From NCBI GenBank assembly GCA_009602735.1, contig WELA01002119.1:128196-192195 (forward strand): a stretch of 64,000 nt of DNA. The letters run 5' to 3'. This DNA comes from Mesotaenium endlicherianum. Taxonomy: Eukaryota. Positions 27,700 through 39,755 of this stretch are shown piece by piece; position 1 is the first letter of the stretch; each line of letters begins with the position of its first letter. A program made the translations under genes and the position numbers. The notes under the pieces were generated by a model. That model was not told the origin of the DNA and made no database searches. It saw nothing but the letters and a program-made list of their open reading frames with translations.

Positions 27700-30600
27700 G
27701 CCCCTCGAGAGGACTACTGACCACACTTATCGTGGCCAGCATGCTGCTGCTCCTCTTGCTGCCCTTGCTGCACTTGCTGGAGCTGGAGCTGCTGCTGCAG
27801 GCTGCCGCTTCCGCAGTTACTTGCACGGGGGAGGTGCCCAGGGGGGCGCTCTCCTGACGTGCAGAAGCAGCAGCCACGTTGAAGCTGGAAGATGGCGGCG
27901 CTTGCGCCCTTGCTTCTGTGGCTACCTGCTGAGTAATTCTTGCTGCAGCACGAGTAGCAGCAGGAGCAGCAGGCCCGAAGCAACCACGCTGGAGTGCCAG
28001 GGCAGCTGGGCCCGGGGGGCGCTTCCAGGGGGGAGCTCCATCACGGCTGCTCGCTTGTCATGTTGTCCCCGCTCTTGGAACTGCAGGACTTGACCCCAAA
28101 GGCCTTACCTGGAAGGCTACCTGCTCCAATGAGCTTGCTGCTTCAGCAGCATGAGCAGATACAACTGCAGCAGCAGCAGCAGTAGCAGCAGTAGCAGAAG
28201 CAGTAGAAGCAGCAGCATCAGCTGCAGCAGCAGCAACAGGATCAGCAGCAGCAGTAATTGCTGCAGCAGCAGCAGCAGGAGGAGCAGGAGGGGCAGGAGG
28301 AGCAGCAGCAGCAGCAGGAGCAAGAGTAAGAGCAGGAGCAGAAGGAAGAGCACGAGCAGGAGCGGGAGCAGGAGCGGGAGCAAGAGCAGGAGTGGGAGCA
28401 GGAGTAGGAGCAGAAGCAGGAGCACAACCGACAATAACCGGAGCAGCAGCAGCAGGCCCGGGACGTGCATGCGGGAGGGCAAGGACACGCGGGCGTGGGG
28501 GGTGCATCCAGCGGGAGCATATGGAGCTCCATCCCGGCTCCTCGCACACCCACTCAATACTCATCTCGGCCACGGCATCAGGAACAGCCGGGGGGGCGTC
28601 AATGAGCTGCCCGTATAGAGCATGGCAACTGGTGCCAGCTGCTGATGCTGGTGGGTCCAAGTGAAAGGGGGTGCTAGTGTCATCGGCCATGCTGGCGAAG
28701 AGCTCAAAAAGTGCAACTTCATCGCTGTCCTCCTGCGCGAGTCCTGTCAGCTCCTCGGGGAGCCTCTGCTGCCCTGCTTCTTCTACCCCTCCTCCATCTT
28801 GCCCACTCCCAGGCTGCTGCTCCCCCCTATTGCAGTCGCTATCCACCTCAATGACAGCAGGCATTTCCCCAGCTTCAACCAAGGGCAGGCTATTGCTCCC
28901 TGCTAAGAGGCACACACACGCGCACAACACACGGGAAGCGTACGCATCATGATTGGTGCCGCTTGTAGCTCTGCCCCTCCCCTCTCTTCTCAACCTCAGA
29001 GACTATGCAGGGCAAGCTATTTTGATAGGCCTGGTGACAAGCTAGGGAAAGTGCTGCATGCCTGGGGGGAGGGGCAGAGGGGGAGAGAGGGCCGGGGGGG
29101 GGAGGGGGAATGTACCTGGAGTAGGAAGATGGGGAGGAGGCATGTAGCCGGGTGAAGATGCATTGGTGTCCATCCTGGGGCTTAGAAGAGCTACCACAAT
29201 GGTGCATGACTCTGCACCCCCCAACGCCCATCGGCAACAGCTTACCACCAAGTCAGCGCCAGTGTGTAGTGAGGAAGAGTAGCAGCAGTCTACAAGCTGT
29301 CTTGAGTGCACTCAACAGCAGCCCCGTTGGCACTCGGTACCCATGACAAGTGTCAGCACGCGCTTCTGCTGACAAGGGGGCAGCCTCTTTGTTCACTCAT
29401 TTTGCAACAGCACGCAGTGACGCTGCGAAGTGCCATCTCAGTATGCAGGCAAACAAGTACGACAAGGAGAAGGACCATATACATGCAGGGTGGAGACGGC
29501 AAGCCAGGGGGGGGGGAAGAGGGGGAGAAAGGGGGCGGGGGTTGTGGGTGGGAGGAGGACACACACACCTGTGAAGTCACCAATGGCTTGCACAAAATTG
29601 GGGCCGATAGCGACCCTAACATGCACGTCAGACGGCGTCACGTCCTGCTCTCCTCACCACCATCATCATGGGCGTTTGCGCACAAAGCACCCTATTTCTT
29701 AGTGCCAGGTCCAAGCAATCACAGCCCACCTGCACGCCATGCAGCAGGCCCGGCAAACGGTGCCCCTGCTACTGCCTCTGCTGCAACTGACATGCAGCGC
29801 CCGTGAATGATCAACGGTGATTGGAGCCAGTTCCAATCTGGGGGCAAGGAAGCGGCAAGTGGACAGCTGAGAAGGTGTGCTTCACCTGCGGCCAAGTGCT
29901 TCCGCATGCATCTCAGCCGTGCAACTCCTCACGTGTGTGTGTGTGTGTGGTGTCTGTGCGTGTGTGCGCGTGTGCGTGTGTGTGGGCATGTGGGCGTGTG
30001 CGTGTGTGTGTGCGTGCGTCTCACCGCCACCATCACCCACCGCTACATCAGCAGCTCCCGCATTCCACACGTTGCTTCTGGAAGATACTATCAGGAGGTG
30101 AAGGAAGGGGAAGAGGGAGGGAAATTTACCGCGGGGCTAGTCTCACTCCCCAACACGTCCTCCCCATTTAGCATTATGCTAAGCACCCACCCACAAAACA
30201 AACAGCAGAAAGAGCCCGCCTATCAGCCAAGGGCGTCTGAAGCATCGCCGTGTGCAAGCACCCCTTGAGAGGGAGGCAGGGAGGTCTTACTTGACTAGGG
30301 GGGGTGTAATGAATCAGTTCATTATTTATTTAATTAATTGCATATATAAATAGAACACTGAATAAGTATTGTGTCAATATACTCACGAGTGCGAGTTCAT
30401 CTAAATGAATGTATGTCGATGTAATGCGAGTTTACTTACTTTGTCAAAAAGGTCAGCAGGATGACTTTTGTATCATTGTGTAGTTTGCTCACTTTGTTGA
30501 AAAAGTCAGCAGGATGACTTTTGTATCATAGTATAGTTTGTTGAGATTTATATATCAATTACATATGGGATATAGCATCAGTGGGTTGACATATAGTAAG

Positions 30601-32021
30601 CTCGCTTGCTATTAGTCAGTATACTTAGCTTCAGTACGCTGAGGGTAGATATATTCATATAGATTATTATCTGTAGATTGGCACATGTCACCGTACTATA
30701 CTGAAAGTCGGGAGATCGATTGAGATTCGGTAAGCCGATGTCCTACCAGTGTGGTTAACTCCAGGGTAGGCGGAGCCGTCGTCAGTCAACTGAATAGTTA
30801 GAACTTCAGTCAACCGACCAATTGATATGGTCGTTATACCTAGATCCGTGGGTCCCAACTTAACGGGTTTCCCACGAAACGGCGCACCTTGCGCCGTGGT
30901 CAACCAAGTGGTCACCAGGTATGTAGCAGGCTGGGATCTTGTGGTCCCTCATTCTGGACAGTAGGCTTTACAGTCGGATTTCTACTTGCAAGTCATGTGT
31001 GCACTTTTGAGTTCGTTCTAATGACCAGCCTTCACGGAAATTAACATGGCTGCTTCGTCTGCGCTCCAAATGGAGTGAACTGGGAATTTTCGAAAAGGTC
31101 TCGTCAAGATGCATCCGTTGCTGTTAAGTTTGCTTAACTTGGAGTAGTATTGACAGGGTTATGCCCTCTGACATTGCGGGGTCACACAGCGGACAGATTT
31201 TATGGTTTTGCACCTAAGTCAGTGGGATGTGTTTTAGCTACTTTATGGTCATCTGAATGAGAGCGCCTTTGCTATTCAGTCCCCTGATGTTGTGTATGTG
31301 CTTACACATACTTGTAGGCAAGAGGTCATGAGTTTCTAAAGGAGAAGCTCTAGTCCTCATCTTCGCCTCTTTCTTGTGCCTAGTATTAGTGTGCAACTAT
31401 GGCACACTACGATAAGTGAGTCAAAGGTTTTAGATGAGTAAACGGCATTCATTTTAAGGGCGAAGATCGCTCCCTGATTTCACACGCTTCCACCTATTCG
31501 TGATCTTATATATTTAAATGAAATATATTAATGTTGAATAAGAAAGATTCATTTCAGGGGGCATGATGAGAAAGGAGGGAGTGCTTTGGTTGTCGTTTTG
31601 GATGATCGCCAGGTGCTGCAATACGCGCACAGCAGGAGGGCCCATGAGAATAGTGACGAAAGCGCCACAACTGTGAGCTGGACAACGAGTGGGAACTGCA
31701 CCACCCTCCTTCGTAGGCACCTGTTAAACACGCACCCCCCCCCCAAAAAAAAAACTCCTGGTCCAGTGATAGACTAATGGATAGAGAGAGAGGGAGAGAG
31801 AGGGGTAGGGGAGGCGTGCCGTACCCAACGCTCCGTCGGCTGCGGCTGGCCCAAAACATAGAAGTCGCTTACGAGCACGTGAAAGCCTGCCTGCTCATGA
31901 CAGGGCCATTCAAACCAGGACTCAACTCTACGCAGCATATGGCTTGGCTCAAAAGCCACATCGCATTCAAAAATTTCCACACGGGATCAGCAAGAAGTTC
32001 CAGAGCAGACTGGCTGGCCGA

Positions 32022-32055
<34 letters not shown>

Positions 32056-32733
32056 ACTTGCTGCGTGCCAGAGGAGGGGGAGACGAGAGTGGGCACCTTT
32101 CTGAAGTTACAATCTCCCCCCACCTCGCCCCGATCGTGCTGGCTGCATCAAGGGGGCCCTTCGCCGCCATTGGCACCGGCTCCAAATGGCGATGAAGACT
32201 TTGAAGGTGTGACCTTCAGGTTTCATTCATATCGGAGAAAGAGAGAGAGAGAGGGGGTGGGGGGTAAATAGACGGAGACAGCGCAGTCCCAGGCTGCACG
32301 CTGCAGAGACCTGACACACATCTTCACAATCACAGAGGAGAAAGTGGGGCCCACCTCAACCTCCACAACAACCTCTAGTTTGCGCATCTCCATGTGAGGG
32401 CAATATCTGCCAGTGACAAACAACCAGTCAGGGACCTGGCATAACGAGCACCACCAGACATGGCAAAAATGGTGGGTGGGGGGGGAGAGATTGAGAGGGT
32501 GGGAGGAGGGANTATAGACTTTTTTCCAACTAGCATTGAAATTTTGGCTCTCCAGGCAACCTCCACACTTCTGTAGCCTTGGGGCCCGGGGGGCGAGGGA
32601 GGGGAGGCGGGATACCTAGCAATGGCAATGTTCAACAGGGCGAGGGCCGCCGCATCGTCAACAACAGCGGAACCAGCTGAATTACACCAGCTGGCGGTAA
32701 GGCAGGGGCAGAAGTGGTGAACGTGGACATTAG
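27700..32733 (-). pseudogene. Decayed PIAL1/2-like (PIAS-like SUMO ligase) gene copy lacking the SP-RING exons and the 5' end
   Basis: Exons: ~32733-32616 (..LALLNIAIAR), 32406-32355 (YCPHMEMRKLEVVVEVE), 31890-31825 (AGFHVLVSDFYV), 30178-30131 (IMLNGEDV), 29644-29569 (PSDVHVRVAIGPNFVQAIGDFTG). They follow in order the recalled PIAL segments RFYPFVKLGHVLVSFEVK / AGYTMLAHDFYI / FLLNGKGV / PTNVTAQLKYGTNLLQVMGNFKG. The terminal exon from ~28900 is homologous to 61.9-62.4 kb. Several exon phases do not join; the left boundary is approximate. Confidence 0.7.
30305..31556 (+). mobile_element. Solo LTR (1252 bp) of a family related to gypsy element A
   Basis: Starts TGTAATGAATCAGT and ends GATTCATTTCA, the same termini as LTR 41508-42228. 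Flanked by GGGGG on both sides (5-bp TSD); internal ~53-bp tandem duplication at 30438-30540. Confidence 0.88.
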
Positions 32734-33614
32734 CTGCCACATGCGCCACCCCATACGAGACAGGTGTTAGCATGACGCGGCCTCTCCCTACCCAACATCA
32801 CCCTGCCTTATTTGCATGCAACACGGCATGTCGTCAATGCGTGTAACGTCCTCTGCCCACTGCCTAACTCCTAAAGTTAGGACAGAGGAGGGAAGGGAAG
32901 AGGGAAGATGGGACGGAAGACATGAGGCTTGCCAGAAGCACGTACAGGTATGGAGTAATCACACAGAGACACACACATAAAGACACACTCGCACACTCAC
33001 ACACGCGTCCCCAGCATACACACCCACACACAAATGCTATGTTACGGATCAAAGTGCACGTGTGCGTCCCCAGCAAGCGAGACCACTACAGGTGTCCCCC
33101 TGAATAAGAGATATCAAGGAGTTGCCAGCTCAAAAAGATAAGCAGGTAGCAGAGGGCAGGCGGGACGCATATGCTGACCTCGTGCTGCCATCGCACTGAC
33201 CGTTGAACAAAAACTTATTCCATGTACATATGCTAGGCATTGCTCTCGTGTTCGGCAATCGGAAACGAGGCCAACTCTCTTGTACAGCTTACTGAGAGCG
33301 ATCTGAATCCAAGGCAAGAAGCCATTGATACGCACTGTCTAATAACCTTGCTTATGTATGAGTTTACTGATTTGCATTATTGATGCTAGTTTACTCGCAT
33401 TTGACTTACGAGTATTATTCACTGCTAGTGTGTTGTCCTTTGCCGTTAAACCAGTTAACGGAAAATACCATAAAGATAACTTGCTGATATAAAGATCTTT
33501 ATTAATTGTTAATCGCCTATTTGGTAAGTCGATTCATTTCAGTGGTATCGGAGCAGTTATCACAGTCTTCTTTGTATGGTAAGGACAAGGTCTCAAACTA
33601 GCAACTCCCGAGAC

Positions 33615-35054
33615 ATGGAGAACCAGGATAACGAGAATGTCGAAAACCAGGCGAAAAGCCATGTAGCGGGAAACCGTACCTATTCTGAAGCAGTAGCAGA
33701 TACTGCAGCTAGAGAGGCTGCAGATGAGGCAGCTGCTATTGCCGCAGTCGCAGCACAGCAAGCTGAGGAGGAGAGAGCCAGGCTAGAAGGATAACAATTA
33801 GCAAAGGTCGCTGAAGATACAAAAAGGAGTGAAAGACAGCCAGCTGACGAGCGCACTGTCGAGGAACTTATGGCATCAAGGGCCAATGTTCTGAATCCAC
33901 CTCCTGCTGTACAACTCAATGTACCCCTAGGTTAAATACGTGACCGGCTGAATGCGGCAGGAATTGCTGCTGCAGGAGCGAGAGGGACTGTTAAGGACAC
34001 TACTCAGCGAGTAGAGGTCAATGCTGCTTCTGCGTTTGCTAATCTACCACCCCAGAGTGTAGACTTGGGAGCATTGTTCGTTCAAATGCAGTCGCAAATG
34101 GCGATCATGTATCAGTCCCAACAGGAGGACAAAAGAATCATAATGTCCCTACTGCGGGACAGAGACCAACTGGGGTCTCAAACCACTAGTGGTGGTGGCC
34201 GAGGGCCTGGTAAGCCCAAGCCGAAACCTCCCCAGGACTATGATCCTGAGGGAAACAGAAAATATTACCTGATCAAGTTTCTCGCGGATGTTGAGCAGTG
34301 GCTGGAGAACTACCCAGAACTGCAAGATTACGAGAAGGTCAGGCACACCGGTGCGCTACTGAAAGGCAGTGCCGCAGACTGGTGGCTTTACTGGAAGGAA
34401 GAGCGTAAGGCTCGGCAACTCGGTGACCCTACGTGGGTAGAGTTTGTCGAGAAGTTGCATGAGAAGTTTGATGTCATCAACCAGCAGGAGAAAGCTATCT
34501 ATGCGATGATCTCCCTGACACTGAAGCAGACCACTTCAGTTGCTGAGTTTGCTCAAAAGTTCCAAGAGAACATGATGAAGCAGCCTGATTTGCCAGAACG
34601 GTATAGGATAGCATACTTCAGGTATGGCTTGAAATCCGAGGTCTCTGGTCATTTTGCTGAGAAAAAGTATGAGAAACTGGCTGACTTGATCCAGGATGCT
34701 GACGCCTGGGATCAGCAGCAGTTCAATCACAAGCGCCAGAGTAACGCTTTGGTGTCTAAGATTGTCAAAAAGCCCCACGGTTCCTACAATGCAGTTGAAG
34801 GAGACCAGGCTGAGGATAATCAGGGTGATGAATATGAGTATGAGTACAATGCTATTCAGTCTAGAGGTAGAGGTGGTCCCTCTCGAGGTGGCTATGGAAG
34901 GGGTGGTGGTAGGACTAAGCCGAGACCAGCCTCAGCAAAATCTACTTGCTACCATTGTCAGCAGAAAGGCCACTACAGAGAGGAGTGTCCAGTCAAGCAC
35001 CTTCCTAAGGTGGAGAGAAAAGACCAGCCTTTAAAAGACAACAACAGTCAGTAA
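33615..35054 (+). pseudogene. gag: gag of element A (capsid-like domain, RGG tract, CCHC zinc knuckle)
   Basis: One frame from ATG 33615 with two internal TAA stops; LLKGSAADWW...TWVEFVEKL...LKQTTSVAEF and CYHCQQKGHYREEC. Confidence 0.9.
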
Positions 35055-38000
35055 TCCAGTCTACTGACTGTGAGGGTGCTAGAGATAGTGAGTCGTCACT
35101 AGCTGCCCTCGTAGCAGGTATTATGGGTCCTGCTGAACTGGATTCACTATGCATGCCTGACAACCAGATAAAGGAGACCATCAGCAATATAGACGTCCAG
35201 GGAGTGCACACTCTGGATGCTCTTGTTCCACCTGATGTCCAACATCTCTTTGCTAAGTCAGGAGAACAATGCGAAAGTCAGGAAAAGACAGTCCCCCCTA
35301 TCCTACTGCATTGCATGATTGCAGGTAGGAAGGTGAGGGCATTTGTTGACGGAGGGGCGTCACATACTTTTATCCACAAGGACTTAGTTAAGCGGCTAAG
35401 GCTGCCTACTGTCACCCAAGGGAATATAAAAATATTCCTTGAAAATGCCTCAAGTATCCCGGGAGGAGTTATAACCAAGCCTATTAAGGTCCAGTTAGGT
35501 TCTGGCATTGCAGTTCTAACTGAAACGCTTACATTTGAGGTACTCAACACTGGCTTTTATGATCTCGTGCTAGGCAGGTCCTGGCTTAATAGACATCAAG
35601 CTGAAGTGTGTTGGAGCAGAGGTACAGTTAAAGTGAGAGGAGCCAGTGATGGGCAGACTGACTTGGCACCCACCAGTGCTCTTCCTCTTGTCCTGTGTGG
35701 ATGGCAAATGAAGGAAAAGAAGAGGCTTCCAGAAGGATGCAAGTTGCTGAATGCAATGGAGTTCGTCAAAAGCTGGAACCAGAAGGAAGGCAGAATGTTC
35801 TGTCTGCAGCTAAGAGAGGTACCTCCTCAACCTGAAGAAGTGGTGGAGAAAAAGGTAAGCCCTCCGGAGCACCCTACTGCTGCAAACATTGTTGCTCAGT
35901 ACACGGATGTGTTTAATATGCCTCCAGGACTACCCCCTAAGCGGGAAGTAGATCATAGGATTGATGTATTACCTGGGAGTCAGCCACCTTGGCAACGCAC
36001 GTATGGCTTGTCTTATGTGGAGAGCGAGGAGTTGAAAACACAGATTGCAGAGCTTGAGGAAAATGGTTATATTTCTCCCAGTAAATCACCGTACGTCGCA
36101 CCCATCCTATTTGTTAGGAAAAAGGATGGCAGTATGCGGATGTGTGTGGATTACAGAGCCCTGAACATAATTACAGTAAAGAACAAGTATGCTTTACCCA
36201 GAATCGAGGACTTGCTTGATACCCTGTCTGGTGCTAAGGTGTTCAATAGGATAGATCTCAAGAGTGGTTATCATCAACTCAGAATTGCTGAGGGGGATGA
36301 GCTCAAGACTGCCTTCCGTACACGTTATGGACACTATGAGTTCAACGTGATGCCATTTGGACTGACTAATGCTCCTGCCACCTTCATGGGTGCTATGAAT
36401 GACATTTTCATACCTTATTTGGATAAGTTTGTGCAAGTTTTCCTGGATGATATTTTAATTTTCTCTAAAGATCTAAAGATGAAGCTCAGCACGCTGAACA
36501 CTTAAAGACAGTCTTGGACACTCTGAGAACGAATCACTTATATGCTAAAATGAGCAAGTGTGATTTCTTTAAAGACAGTATTGAATTCTTAGGCCACATT
36601 GTCAGTAAAAAGGGCATCAGCGTGGATCCTAAGAAAGTCCAGACCATAAAGGACTGGCCAGTACCACAGTCTGTCTCTGAAGCTAGATCCTTCCTCGGGT
36701 TGGCTAACTGCTATAGGAGATTTATTGAGAATTATTCCACAAAGGCCAGTAAACTGACTGACCTTACTAAGAAAGACATCGGGTATGTGTGGGGGGAAGA
36801 GCAGCAGGCTGCCTTCCAGACCCTTAAAGATGCCCTTTGTTCTGCCCCAGTGCTAGCCGTGTATGACCCCAGCAAGCCGGTGCAGGTGGTTACTGATGCC
36901 TCTGACTTTGCCATGGGTGCTATTTTGTTGCAGCCTGCTGACATAACCACAAAGGATGGTAAGGAACGGCAAGTGTGGCATCTTGTGTTGTACGAGTCTA
37001 TGAAATGTAATCCAGCGGAGATTAATTACTCAGTGCATGATAAAGAGCTGCTAGCTATCATTCATGTGCTCAAACAGTGGAGAGCATACTTACATGGTAA
37101 AGCTTTTAAGGTGATTACAGATCATCTAGCTCTGACCCACTTTCAGAAGAAGTCCAAGCTGTCGAGGAGGGAGAACCGCTGGAGCCAGATGCTGGAGCAG
37201 TTCCAAGTCCAGATCGACTACAAACCAGGGAAGTTGAATCCTGCTGATGCACTCTCTAGAAGACCTGACTTGCAAGAAAGGAACTTTAGTCAGCATGCTG
37301 TAGATAAAGTCCTGTGTGCACTCACTTCGCTAAAGGTGAAAAAGTCCTTCCTAGAACAACTTAGGAAAGCCTACCTTTTTGACCCAACATTTGAGCCCAG
37401 CCCCACTACTGGTGTGTGTCGTGCTACTGCACTCGGGTGTAAGCTTAAGAGAGGGGTCTGGGTGACTGAAACCACTTCAGGCAGGTTGAAGCTGGTCATT
37501 CCTAATAACTTGGAAATAAGGTCTCTCNNNNNNNNNNNNNNNNNNNNNNNNNNNNNNNNNNNNNNNNNNNNNNNNNNNNNNNNNNNNNNNNNNNNNNNNN
37601 NNNNNNNNNNNNNNNNNNNNNNNNNNNNNNNNNNNNNNNNNNNNNNNNNNNNNNNNNNNNNNNNNNNNNNNNNNNNNNNNNNNNNNNNNNNTCCTGTGAC
37701 CAATGTCAGAAAAATAAGTCTCGGCACACACCATCCGGAGGTCTCTTGCAACCGCTGCCCATCCCAGCTGGACGCTGGGAAACTATATCCATGGACTGGG
37801 TGGTCTCACTACCAAGAACTGCCAACGGGCATGATTCAATACTGGTAGTCGTGGATAAACTGACAGAAATGGTCATTTTTATCCCCACAACTGTCAAAGT
37901 GACTGCACTCGAAACAGCGAGACAGTTTTACAACCATGTAGTATGCCTACATGGGCTATCTTCTAATATCATCTCAGACAGAAACTCAAAATTCACCTCT

Positions 38001-39447
38001 AAGTTTTGGAGAGCTTTAATGGGGTTAATGGGAGTCAAACAGCTGCTCAGCACAGCAAACCACCCTCAGACTGATGGGCAGACTGAAAGAACTAATCGAG
38101 TTCTGCAGGAGGTGCTGAGAGCATATATTAACCTAAAACAAGATAATTGGAATGACCTGTTGCCTCAAATTCAGTTCGCGGTCAACAGTGCGGGCAAGAC
38201 TCCTTTTGAACTCAGCCTGGGTAGAGCCCCTAAGTCTCCTTTAGATGTACTGGGGGAGTCTTTAACTGACCCGGAAGGGATTGACAACCCGGTCTCCCTC
38301 CAGTTAACTCAGGAGTTTGCTGACACCCTGTCAAAAGTCCAACGAAACCTGCACAAGGCCCAAGAAAACCAACAAAAATACGCTAATCAACACCGTCGGG
38401 AGCTGACATTNNNNNNNNNNAAAGCTTGCTGTTGGTCTTGAGGATCGGCCATCTTCTTGTGCTACCAAAGTGCCTAGCTCGAGGGCGATTGTAGTGAAAC
38501 AGATAGATAAAGTACTTAGTAAAACAGAATACTTTATCTATTCAAGACAAGGATCTTTGAACACAAGTGGTAGCTTCTTGAAAGAGAGATGGCTTCTTGA
38601 AAGTTAATATATTTCTGGATTTTGGCAAGTACAAGAGTGATTCTCGAATGTCTTTCTATGTTCTAGCTCTTGTTTATATACTTGCTACATAAGTAATTTC
38701 TAGGAAGGTGTATGTTGATGTGTTGGCACCCAACACATCCCAAAACTTGCCACCTCTTTCTAGAATAATGTACACATGTCCTTTTGACCTAAAAATGGCA
38801 CATCTGACTTTTGCCACATGGAGTTCTTCTAGGTCTTTCCTCTAACTTCGAAAATGCCTTGGAAGGTTCAAAGGACATGAACCAAGTTACTAGAGTACCT
38901 ATTCACACTTGACTCCACACAATTCTACTCCAAATATATTTGAAAACATTAAAATATATGCGAACTAATATATAATAACTCAAATCACTACAGCGATTTA
39001 GTCAAACTGCATTCTCAGCACCTGTACCTCCCTGGTGTGGTCAAGAAAAAGCTTGGCCCTGTCTGGGTCCATCCATATTCGGTGGTACGTCGTGTCGGTC
39101 AGAATGCTTACAAACTGAACATGTCAGCTGACTACAAGGGTCACCCGGTCTTTAAGGTCTCCTTCCTAGAACCATACATCAAAGGTGATTCATTGTTCAC
39201 AGGTCGGTTACCTATCTAACCGGGACCGGTCCCCGCTGTCCGGCACGGCGATCCTGAGGAATATGAGGTCGATGAGATTTTAGACGCTCGCTCGGTCCGT
39301 CGATCGTCTAAATATGTCATGAAGTACCTCATCCGATGGAAGGGTTACGATGCCTCTGGGGACACTTGGGAATTTAAAGATCAGCTGATTAATGCCAAAG
39401 GGGCGTTGAAACGGTTCCACCTTCGGGCGGCTGGGGCACCTCTCTAA
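35030..39447 (+). pseudogene. pol: pol of element A (PR, RT, RNase H, IN, chromodomain), disrupted
   Basis: [30 protein letters not shown]...[15 protein letters not shown]...ISDRNSKFTS...QTDGQTER; chromodomain EYEVDEILDAR...YLIRWKGYDASGDTWE. Disrupted by a frameshift near 36470, an N gap at 37528-37691, a nested LTR at 38490-38992 and a TAA at 39217-39219. Confidence 0.93.
38490..38992 (-). mobile_element. Inverted LTR of family B nested in the integrase of element A
   Basis: Near-identical reverse complement of the 503-bp LTRs at 51287 and 57464. GCGAT on both sides (TSD); removing it restores the integrase reading ...EGD|LVKLHSQHL. Confidence 0.95.
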
Positions 39448-39755
39448 CAGTCATTTCAGTTGACACGGGAAGGTGACAGGAGGTCCTGTCTCCATATAAG
39501 TTGGAGGGGGATGCGACAGTTAGTGACAGGCAGCCCACCTTTGAAATTAAGTTGGAGGGAGTGGTATTCTCTGATCACCATATTACACACTCAACCTACG
39601 CTCACACTCACTTGCTCTCCAACTCAATTGTATTCCGTCACACCAGGTATTCCCCACTAGGAACTCTCCCGATCGCGTTCCTCTTCATCAAGGGCACTCA
39701 GTAGCGGCAAAATATCATGACTTCACTAACTGCATTGTGTTTATGATTGAGCAGG

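Noticed and set aside
30700..30800. Self-cleaving ribozyme in the LTR conserved block
   Set aside because: I could not find hammerhead, twister or HDV core motifs by eye.
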